A DNA stretch of 64,000 bases from Marsupella aquatica. Its lineage: Eukaryota; Plantae; Marchantiophyta. Location of the stretch: NCBI GenBank assembly GCA_973895155.1, contig OZ316892.1, positions 2,545,223-2,609,222 of the forward strand, written 5' to 3'. Positions 12,845-22,713 of this stretch are shown here, one piece after another. The position numbers and the translations under genes are program-made. The notes under the pieces were generated by a model, which ran no database searches, was not told where the DNA came from, and saw nothing but the letters and a program-made list of their open reading frames with translations. Every line of letters starts with the position of its first letter. The first letter of the stretch is position 1.

Positions 12845-14180
12845 CTTGGTCAGCTGAGCAATTCTACAACCGGAAGAAGGGGGGTTTACGAGAACGACTG
12901 GAGCTACACCTATTCCTTTTGGTTAGCTCAGCAATTCTACAACTACGTGGGGAAATACTAAAGGTACACTTTTTTCCTTTTGCTTGGCTAAGCAAAACCA
13001 CAACAAAGTGGGGTTTTACAAGAACAAAGTGGGGTTTTACAAGAACTACTGGAGGTACACTTCTCCCTTTTGGTCAGCTAAGCAATTCTACAGCTAAGAG
13101 AAGGGAGGGGGTGGGGAGAGGGGGTGGGGGGAGGGGGGGGGCGGGAGGAGGGAAGAGGGAAGAGGGCGAGGGGCTGCTTTACAAGAAGTACTAGAGGTGC
13201 ACTTCTTGATTTTGGTTAGCCAAGCAATTCTACACCTAATTGGGGCTTTACACGAATGACTGGAGGTACATTTCTTCCTTTTGGTAAGTTAACCAATTCG
13301 ACAACAAACTGGGGCTTTACAAGAACGACTGGAGGTGCACCTCTTCCTTTGGGTCAGGTAAGCAAATTTGCAACTAAGGGGGGCTTTAGTAGAACTACTG
13401 GAGGTACACTTCTTCCTTTTGGTCAGCTAAGCAACGTCTACAACTAAGGGGGGCTTTACAAGAGAGATTGGAGGTACACTTCTTCCTTTTGGTCAGTTAA
13501 TCAATTCGACAACCAACCGGGGGCTTTAAAAGAAAGACTGGAGGTGCACTTCTTCCTCTTGGTCAGCCAAGCAAATTTACAACTAAGGGGGGCTTTACTA
13601 GAACTACTGGAGGTACACTTCTTCCTTTTGGTCAGCTAAACAAAGTCTATAGCTAAATGGGGCTTTACAAGAATGACTGAGGTACACTTCTTCCTTTTGG
13701 TAAGCTAATTAACCAATTCAACAACCAAAGGGGTTTTACAGCAACCGCTGGAGGTACACTTCTTCCTTTCAGTCAGCTAAGCAAATTTACAACTAAGGGG
13801 GGCTTTACTAGAACTACTGGAGGTACACTTCTTCCTTTTGGTCAGCTAAGCAAAGTCTACAACTAAGGGGGGCTTTACAAGAATGATTGGAGGTACAGTA
13901 CTTCCTTTTGCTCAGTTAATAATCAATTCGACAACCAAGGGGGTTTTACAACAACAACTGGAGGAACATTTCTTCCTTTCAGTCAGCTAAGCAAATTTAC
14001 AAGTAAGGGGAGCTTTACAAGAACAATTGGAGGTACACTTCTTCCTTTTGGTCAGCTAAGCAAAGTCTACAAGTAAGGGGGGCTTTACAAGAACGACTGG
14101 AGGTACACTCTTCCTTTTGGTCAGCTAAGCAAATTCTACAACTAAGGGGCTTTACAAGAATGACTGGAGGTAGACTTCTT
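12845..14180. repeat. Tandem satellite, ~69-70-bp monomer, ~19 copies, with a 3-monomer (~209 bp) higher-order repeat
   Basis: Monomer approx. ctggaggtacacttcttccttttggtcagctaagcaaa(g)tctacaactaaggggggctttacaagaacga. The ggagg core recurs at 13262, 13331, 13400, 13470, 13540, 13609, ~13679, 13750, 13819, 13889, 13960, 14029, 14099 and 14166. Copies degrade toward 12845. Confidence 0.95.
13100..13175 (+). other. G-rich tract with G-quadruplex potential, interrupting the satellite upstream of dapF
   Basis: Many runs of three or more G (gggagggggtggggagagggggtggggggagggggggg...) replace part of one satellite monomer. Confidence 0.6.
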
Positions 14181-17100
14181 CATTGTATACATTGAGATTT
14201 GATCCCAGCCAGGACTTTAGTGTGACAGATAGTTCAAATTTCATCCCAGCGGTTAGCTTAGTGTGATCAATCCTTCCTTTTCTAGAAGGAGATATAGTCT
14301 AAATGTATTGAGATTTAATCCCGTAAGTGGTAGTCGCCAGTTTAGTGTGACCGTTCATTCTTTTTGCAGAAGTTATGGTGGCCATTTAAGCTCAGGTTTT
14401 CCCAAGCCTACATTGTGGATGGTGGGTCCCAATGAGTATGGAAGTGGGCACTGCTTTTGTGGCCATAGTTTAGACCACCTCACAAACAGTGTATACATAT
14501 GCAAGGTGGTTTCAAGTTTTCGCCGGTCAGTCCCTTGGTTTGAAACATATTAATTACAACTACTTTAGTTTGGGGGTTTTCAGGCTAATAAATTACAGTT
14601 TGCAGCAAATAGTAGTCTCTTGCTGATTGTATCACTTACTAATTAGTAAGTGATATTGTATCTCTTATAAGAAAGAAGGGCTTCCTACAAAGAAAGACAG
14701 AGTAGCATCAATGATACCTTAGACCGAATTTTGTTTTTTTAATTTTACAATTCCAAAGCTGTACTAATGTCAATAATACCTTATACTGTAGGATTATTGT
14801 TAAAAAATTGACAATAAATTCCAAAGCTGTACTAATGTTCCTTGTACAGAGTCTTGCACTAACTCAGTACTCCTGGGGATGCATGATTGCGTTGTTGGTT
14901 CCTACTTTCTTTGCCATGAGCAGGTTGTCTTTTCCTAGTGTCCAGTTATGTGAAAATTCCTAGTGTCCAGTTATGTCCTAGTGCGCCTAGTGTCCAGTTA
15001 TGTCTAGTGCATGCCTGTGTGACAGTTTGTTGGCCTCTTGTTGCTATGTCTAGTCTAGCTTTGGAATGCTATGGAGTAGCAAAGCTTGATCTAAGGCAGT
15101 TCCCTGTTTTACAAAATTATTAAAAAATGATAAGCACACAAAGGGACTTGCCAAATTCTTATCTGAAACACAAAACACTCCAAGTTGTTAAATCAAAGAG
15201 CCTAACTCGTAGCAAAAGATAATCGTAAATTGACAGAAGTGCTACCCCAAGACATAAATAAGGGTGTGGGTTTAGGAGAAATAAAAGTAAAAGTTCAAAT
15301 ACTGAGTGATTAAGCTACTAGTAATTATATACAAGCAAAATTATAAGTGTATTAATTATATGTCATAGTGTCAAAGGGCAAAAACGCCAAACAGGGAGAC
15401 AAGAAGATGAACAAAGCTGGCACATTTGTGGGATGCTCATGTTCTCCTAGGCCACTGCTTTGGGCAAATGCTCATGCCACATTGCCACCCATGAATAATG
15501 AGCATTTTGTCTTTGGTGTGTTTGTCTCTTCCCAATCTTCAACCCAACAAAAGGGCCATCGTATACAGTCTAGATTGGGCTTTTTTGCCTTTCTAAGTTG
15601 GGCATTTCACGCAGAAGTGAACGGTTGGGCTATCACAAGACTGGAGCAGGAAATGTAAATCCTGGGAAGATAGACCATATTAAAAGCAAAGGCCCATTAA
15701 TAATTGAGCATGAATTAATATCTACCTACAGCAGTATGACCAAACAATCAAGATCAAGTGGAATCTGAGTTGTTGGGATATGCTTATCTTTATAGATGGG
15801 ACCAGCTTAGGGCACTCCCACTCATCCACTGTCCGGCCAAGCTAGCCAGGAGTGACTATATATAAGGGAACCAGCCCACAGGCCCAGTTTTGGAACCCCC
15901 CCCCCCCCCCCACCATGCCCATGTATGCACACCCCAATGTCATGGGCTGGAGTTTTTTCCTCCCAAGTCCAGCAATCCTGCATGCACTCCACAAGCTAGC
16001 AGGACAAGCCCGCTGAGACAGATTGACCATTGCAATCAGCCCCCAGTCTCAGTTTTGATCAAAGGTCTCTACAGTTGCTCTGGTGAGTACATTGTGCTCA
16101 TTGTAAATACATGTTCAACCAGAGACATGAACACAAGACAAAGACCCTGCTGCTTAGAAACACTATCCAAGATTAGAAAGCTAGAGATAGTTGTCTATGG
16201 CAAGCTCTTGACAAAATTGAGGTATGGCAGCACAAAGCTTTCTGCTCGTCCAGCTCATTCACCTTCATTCTTTTTGCATAGCCCAGCTGTGTCTGCTGAA
16301 TGACATTTGTTCAAGGAATCCAAAACACAATGGTGGGGGCTGGATTTGAACTTGCAACACGGTCTGAGCCAAGGATGGAAGTTTTGGTTAGTATGAAAGG
16401 TGGGACCGGTAGGGAAGCTCATTGGACCCTCCAGAAACCTGGATGTGTGGACGCCTCACTAAGCGCCCTTATGGCGGGGCTGTTTAGTGTGCACCATTGG
16501 GAGTGTTCTTAGTTGATGACATTTCTATGTTGTTGCCTTCTCCTTCGAGCTTTGATATTGGTCTGGAATCTTTGAAAGGCATTTTTCTAAAGTTTTCTGT
16601 CTTTACCTGGTTGAGTCGGCTTATTGATGTAGAGAGTTTCTATGACTTGAAGGGTTCCCCTTCTTCTGTACTGGAAGTGTGGAATCATGGAGTTTGGGGG
16701 CTTTTGTTCTTGCCAGTTTGTTATATAACTTTTGGGCCCAACTTCCTTCTCTTTTCCCCCATTCTATTTTTAAATCAAAATCAACTGGAAGTGAGATACC
16801 ATATCCAGCAAAAGATATATTTTATTTTTGGGGGTGGGGGTGCCTTGATCGGAGAGATCTGCATCCATTTCAAGTTTGATAACATGATTAAATTTAGACT
16901 AGAGTAGCTAATCATACTTTCACAGTTTCATACTTTGGACTGAAATGATACTTTCACTATTCATACTATCTTACTCATTACATATGCAGGAGTTTCTAAT
17001 GTAGATTGGTGGGATCTTGTCCAAACCGATGATTCAGTCTAAAAGGAATGAATAGTTTTAAAGAGATCTGTGCGCCTACAAAGAGTATTATTATACACTG

Positions 17101-17890
17101 TTCACCACTACTGGTCTTGGTAACACTGTTTGTGTAGCCTAAAATTTTGGGTTTGTTCTTCAATTAACATTACCACTGTTAATTACAGACTAACAATGAT
17201 AGTGCACGCATTGTGACATTGGTGTAATATTAATATTGTTTGTGCATAACACTGTTTGAATCTGAGTCGCTGATAATACTAATTCCTTTTGTGTGTAACA
17301 CTATTTGGAGAGTTATGTGACCCCCAAGCACTATTTAAAGAGTTAAAGTACCCCCAAGCAAATCAATCTAAACAATCAAGGGAGTCACATTTCAAAGTCC
17401 AATGCTTCATTCAAGCAATGGAGTGTTCCAATCCACATCTGCAAAGGCATTGCTCCCTGACCTCAGACAGCAGGTGAACACAGCTGTTTCATGCACTCTG
17501 GTCACTAGAAACCTGCCCCACTCTTCAATCAATATTAACATTAATTAGGAAAAACACTAATTCTGAGATAAGACCAATTAAAGTGAGCAGTGTGAACTTG
17601 GAATATCAAAGAAGGACAAAAGGTTTAGGGGGAACATGTCCACTACAGTACTTCTATGCAATTTTCCAAGAAATACATTCATTTCACTCACCTTCAAAGA
17701 ATATAAAATTTAGGAGACATTTCATTCATTACACATTGTTTACACAATTACTGTGCATTGAATTCACAGTCATTAAGATAGCCTAGGTAAGATTCATTAA
17801 CTCTTTCCTGCCAATAAGAAAACATTATAGGATAGAAAATTTATGTAAATCCATGAGTAATTTTTTCTTTGGTTCCAGGGATTTTTTTAG

Positions 17891-17915
17891 GCTGGTTCAA
17901 ATCCAGCTCAACCCA
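17891..17915 (+). pseudogene. Possible plastid-derived tRNA-Tyr (trnY) 3' fragment (NUPT-like)
   Basis: gctggttcaaatccagctcaaccca forms a T-arm (gctgg/ccagc) and closely matches the plastid trnY-GUA 3' end as I recall it. A tgtaaatcc anticodon-like remnant lies ~45 bp upstream. There is no complete cloverleaf. Confidence 0.45.
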
Positions 17916-19399
17916 AGATTGATCCATTCTCAATGAGATGTAATAAAAGAATTAACTTGATATAAGTCACTTTTATTTTTGAGTTCATGACGCTAAAATA
18001 AATTCATTGAAAATAGAATTTATGTTGAATTTTTCTCATCTTTCTATAAATCATAGGTGAATATGTCATGCTATTCCAACTCTCAGAGTGTTAGACATAA
18101 ATATACAAGAAAAACGCATTGACACAAAGAGTGGGGTAGTGCTATAAGTTTGGTAATCTCACCACCAGTTAAACTAATCACCTGGCAGGGACCCAGGTAT
18201 CATGAACAATCCGGGTACCTGCTAATGGGTTCATATGTACATGAGGTGTTACTAGTAAAAACACATGTGTGCATACACTTGAAACTCTAGAAAAACATAG
18301 TCTATATATCAAATACATTATGTTACCAGAGAAATTTAGCTGACCAGGAAGTTGGACGCTGCAATGAGTTGGCTAGTTGGCCTGGCAAGAATTTCAAGGA
18401 GGGCAAGTTGTGGGGAGAGTGACAGGTTGGGCGCAAAAAAGGTGCACAACAGTACCGTTAGGTCCATCTCAAGATTAGAGAAAGATATCACCATAATCAA
18501 ATGGCCAAGGAGACCTCCTTCCTTACAGTTGGAAAACAGACTGTGAGAGAGCAGAATGACATCTTGTAAATAGACCGAGAGAAAGAAATCATTTCATCAA
18601 ACAGACCAGACGATAGAAAAAACAAGATTGCATAATATAGTGATTAGATAGACAAATGCATGGATCTCCATCTCAGCCGTCCTGCTCCACCAGAAAGTTG
18701 AGGCATTTGGGTGGGCACAGTAGGGCATGTTAAAGCAAGGCTGTAACTCAGTCACATCACAAGACATAAAGTACCTAGAAGAAAATTGCTATGGGCTATC
18801 AAAATACATACCCCATATGGATGATATGTCCAAAAACCCACAGCCATAAAACTTTGCTTAGTGAAGTACATTGACATGCGCTAGTAGGGCGTGTCAAATC
18901 ACTGTTGTATTTGAGTTATTGCTCAGGACATAAAACTCACTTATGGTCAGGACAAAATAGTTATGGGTGCAACATGACTCCCCACCCATTTTGCTACGGA
19001 AGAGCGCAAGTGTCCACTAGTGCGTGTCAAAGTTCTCCCGGCACTTTGGTCAAGGCTTAATTTTTTGGTCAAGGCTTAATTGTTTTTGGACGTACACCAT
19101 GGGCCTGTTAATCCTCTTTGTGATTAGTGAGACCAGGGGGGAATGCTCTGATCAGAGGGCCATGTAAACAAAGATCCAGCCAGCACTATTTTGAGTGCTA
19201 AGATTTGACAATGCCTGTAGGTGGGGTGTTGACTAGGTAGGATGGGAGCAAATAAGAAACAAACACTACCAGACACAAAGGCTGATGTATCCGAGATTAC
19301 ATCAAGGCACAGGAGCTGATACAACCGAGAATTCGAATCTAATTAACGCGCTTGGTAGTTGGAACCAAAGCTTTCGTTTCGCAGTCGAGAAATCTTCCG

Positions 19400-20800
19400 A
19401 AATCGAGATTGATTTTCACCGATCCTACTGTAAAAGTGATCTTTTCCATTATTACTTCAAACATGCTTGCTTTCTTGCCTGCCATGTTGGAGTTACCGGA
19501 TGTAGCAGCTTACAATTATGAGACGGTATGACACTTCGTTTCGATTTAGTACATGAAGAATTATAACTTGACGCCTTGTGTGAAGATCGCTGGCTTTAGA
19601 TGCGCCCAGCTGAAAGTGATTACAGTCTGTAGGATTGGCTTGTGAACTGTTAACTTGACTTCAAAACAATCATGTGGATTGGCTTCCGAATTCGCTTCAT
19701 TCCAATATAATGTGGATGACTTCTGGATGCGCTTCAAATTTGTGGATTGGATTTTGATTTGCTGCTCTTTCATCGAGTTGCTGGTTGATGGAGTGACCTT
19801 GACTAAGAGACAGTTATCATTTCCAGTGTTCAGTCAGCTTCACCCAATTAGGCTAGCTCCTCACTTATAACTCAGCACTGATCAGTAGAAATTCGAACCG
19901 GGGTAGAATTTACACTGAGCATTGTAGGGCTTTCTGCTTTCAATTTGCTTACTCCCTCAATTCAACTCCGTCGATCAGGCCATTTTAGTTTCTTCGTCGA
20001 GAGGATGCCTTAGCTTGAAATCGTTGCTACTCCTAGTCAGGTAGACTGGATGGATACCTTTATCGATCTCAATGAACTACCAGGGACAACGAATGTGTCA
20101 TCGATTGGACTTACCCCTATACGTTGTACTCATAGTCTCGACACGCCTTCATCTGACAAAAAACTTTTTATGGGTCTGCAGCCTTAGTGCAGATTTTTCC
20201 CTCACCGTGGAAAGAGTCTAGTACGTCAAGCAATCACTGCCAAATGAGAGCAAAATCCGACTTTATTAGTGTGACTCCTAGCTCACAATTTTTTCCTTCG
20301 GCCTTTCGTTCACGGAAAGCGTTTTTTTGCTGAGAGAATCATGGCTCTGTACTCTGTTTTCGTATTCAATTCATTCAGTTCTCTAAGGATGCTCGTTTCG
20401 GTACTCAATGCAGTATTCATGGGCGATGAATGGCATGCAGGCGGCCCTTCTGATCAAGCTTAGTGTCGCAAAGCATCACCAGGCTCAATATCTCCTGGAT
20501 GAAGCAGATCAACCTCGTGCTCAGGTACGGTCAATCCCGTCCATTTTCTGGTAATTATCCCGAAGGTTCGAATGTGAAAACTAAGCACGGGATCCTAATA
20601 AATGAAAATGTTTTGCCAAGGGAGAAAACAATTCTCAGACTCGTGAACTTGGTGTGATCAGCTGAGGACTCAATGTGGATATCCAAACTTCGCAGGTGGC
20701 CGAATTGGAGCAGGATTTGCAAGCTCAGCGTGATTTGAAATTGGCCCTCAAGGTGCAAGCCCTCCGGCTAGGTGCTGCTTTGACGAAGCTCACTGAACCG
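19400..20800 (+). repeat. Diverged segmental duplicate of ~24270-25610 (kinase upstream region, exon 1, intron 1, start of exon 2)
   Basis: Shared blocks occur in the same order: tgcttgct, cgtttc(g/a)att, gtagaa(a/t)ttcgaa, aatgagagca, agtattcatgg...tggcatgcaggcg, aatgaaaat(g/a)ttttgccaag. Boundaries are approximate. Confidence 0.75.
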
Positions 20801-20878
20801 GCTCCAACTTATAATCCAAAATGGCGTCATGCTTCTACCGGAAGGCTGACAAGGGTGAAACAGCCAGGACGCGCGTAG
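20435..20878 (+). CDS. Duplicated N-terminal coiled-coil exons of the downstream kinase (~90-aa product as written)
   Basis: Exon 20435-20524 (MQAALLIKLSVAKHHQAQYLLDEADQPRAQ|gtacgg) and an exon from 20696 (cgcag|VAELEQDLQAQRDLKLALKVQALRLGAALTKLTE...) are colinear with kinase exons 25226-25315 and 25510-~25610. The frame stops at 20876-20878. Confidence 0.7.
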
Positions 20879-22713
20879 AAGATAGCAAGAAGCCCCAGAA
20901 ATTGGCCACAATTTTGAATATGAAAACCGATCGCAAAGGCCAGTCGGCTCGGAATGAGCAGATTCACCACGTGGGCAACGAAACTAGAGACTCTCAGCAT
21001 AGTCTAGGACGCTCCAAATCCGTTGCTGAACAATCACCTCTTCGACCGTTGGCGTCGCTGGTGGATCACATCCACCCTGTATCACAGAGATTTCCGAGCT
21101 CCACGAATCCTAATCACAACTGGCGAGACTCCGAAATCACAGAAGTTACTACAGATGGCTCGCCTCCCGGAAAGGAAGACAGCTGGAGGAGGAAATTTCA
21201 AAGTGGGTCATTCAGGAAGCTCGTCTCGAGACGGTCCAACGAAGACACTTCCACCGAGTCTGCTGAATCCGCTGGCCCAGATGACAAGCAGCAGCATGAT
21301 TCTATGTCTCAGCCGGCCCAAGGGTCGTCCAGGTACCAATTTGGCGAAGTTGATCAGAGGACCTTGGCATTACTTTTAGCTCCAGTAGCTGTAGACGACG
21401 AGACCGAGATACAGGAAATCAAATGTCTGCAGCAGGAAGAACCTGGTGCCCCGAAGCCTCCTAATCGGAATCTTCCCGTACCGAAGAAGGACACTGACAG
21501 TGGAAAAGACCACTCGGACATTCTGGCCCGGCAAGAAGAAAAGGAATTTCCCCGTTTTCTCGAGAACCCTCTATTATTCAATCCAGAGTCCGACTTTTCA
21601 ATTCAGACCGACTCAGTTTTGCAAGCTAGGTCAGGTATCTCAAATCATAGCGGTGCTCCCATGATTACCACGGGGGAGAAGGCAGTCGACGAAGAAGATG
21701 GGACCATGCCATCGGAGCCAAAAGCTGATTGGGAAAAAGTTTTGGAAAGCTCATTAGCTCACATGACTGACAACCCCGCTCTGACCCTCGAGATAGACGA
21801 GCAGGAGAAGGAGGAGGAGGAGGAGGAGGCTCACAAACGTGATGATGATGAGGTTGTGGAACCGGCTCGTATAAATTCTCAAGCGGTTGCTGATTTGCCC
21901 AACCCGTCACGTAGTCCCGAGCATCACAGGATACCTTCGATAACTGAGATCGAGATGGAGGACGCGGATGCGGATTCGAAAGCGGATGCGGATTCGAAAG
22001 TTGACAAGGGTGATGCGCAATGGGCTACAATTTCTCAGCGGGTCGCTCTTTGGCTGGCGAGGTCACGGCTCCCGGGTCAGAGCAAAACTCCTGCACCTGA
22101 GAAAGCCGAGAAGGCCGACAAACGCGAGGAAATTGTCAAATTGGCTCCAATTTCTCGACCGGAGCCAGTACTTGGACAAACGAAGCCAATTCCCGTCGAC
22201 AATGACACAACTCCGCGAACTGCGAGCTCAGAGGAGGAGAACTTGGCTCACGACGATGATGAGAAAGGGATTGACACACGAGTGAAGTCAGTCCCATATT
22301 CTCCACCAGTGCTCGCCTTAGAAACGAAACTAGGTGACGTGAATCATTACAGCGGCGTTTCTGCCACAAATACAGGGAATATTGACGACTCCAATCATGA
22401 AATTGTTAATACGTCATCAATGCCGAATTCTCAATCGGATCGTTTGCCAGAGGCAGATCCTCGCCTTTCGTCCGTTTCAGACAGCGAGGCAGTGGCTCGT
22501 CTTTGGGAACAGCTTGATATGATTGACGGGGAAGAAAAAACGACGGTTTCTCGAAAACAACCACAGGCTGCTGAAGAAAAACCTGTGGCCACTGGAAAGA
22601 AACCAAAGGATGCTGCTGCCACCCGAGCACGCAGGAGGGTCCGATTCTCGACTTGTGGTGGTAGTGACGATTTTTCAGTCGTTGACATTTCGGTACGTGG
22701 ATCTATCCAGTAA
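20821..22713 (+). CDS. Orphan 630-aa acidic, low-complexity (likely disordered) protein or large exon
   Basis: An uninterrupted 1893-bp ORF, more GC-rich than its flanks and rich in E/D/S/P. It contains a poly-E tract, an internal ADADSK duplication and RRRVRF near the C-terminus. I recognise no domain. A possible donor at ~22692 (tcg|gtacgt) could change the C-terminus. Confidence 0.75.
   Translation: MASCFYRKADKGETARTRVEDSKKPQKLATILNMKTDRKGQSARNEQIHHVGNETRDSQHSLGRSKSVAEQSPLRPLASLVDHIHPVSQRFPSSTNPNHNWRDSEITEVTTDGSPPGKEDSWRRKFQSGSFRKLVSRRSNEDTSTESAESAGPDDKQQHDSMSQPAQGSSRYQFGEVDQRTLALLLAPVAVDDETEIQEIKCLQQEEPGAPKPPNRNLPVPKKDTDSGKDHSDILARQEEKEFPRFLENPLLFNPESDFSIQTDSVLQARSGISNHSGAPMITTGEKAVDEEDGTMPSEPKADWEKVLESSLAHMTDNPALTLEIDEQEKEEEEEEAHKRDDDEVVEPARINSQAVADLPNPSRSPEHHRIPSITEIEMEDADADSKADADSKVDKGDAQWATISQRVALWLARSRLPGQSKTPAPEKAEKADKREEIVKLAPISRPEPVLGQTKPIPVDNDTTPRTASSEEENLAHDDDEKGIDTRVKSVPYSPPVLALETKLGDVNHYSGVSATNTGNIDDSNHEIVNTSSMPNSQSDRLPEADPRLSSVSDSEAVARLWEQLDMIDGEEKTTVSRKQPQAAEEKPVATGKKPKDAAATRARRRVRFSTCGGSDDFSVVDISVRGSIQ

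Noticed and set aside
12919-13447. ORFs with repeated TTGGTLLPFGQLS peptides
   Set aside because: These are translations of the satellite. Monomer length varies (69-71 bp) and frames stop often.
12845-14180. CRISPR-like appearance of the regular repeat array
   Set aside because: Whole monomers repeat with no unique spacers, there are no cas genes, and the context is eukaryotic.
16331-16370. tRNA-like or primer-binding-site-like tggtgggggctggatttgaac
   Set aside because: The T-stem does not pair fully, there is no cloverleaf, and no LTR pair is visible.
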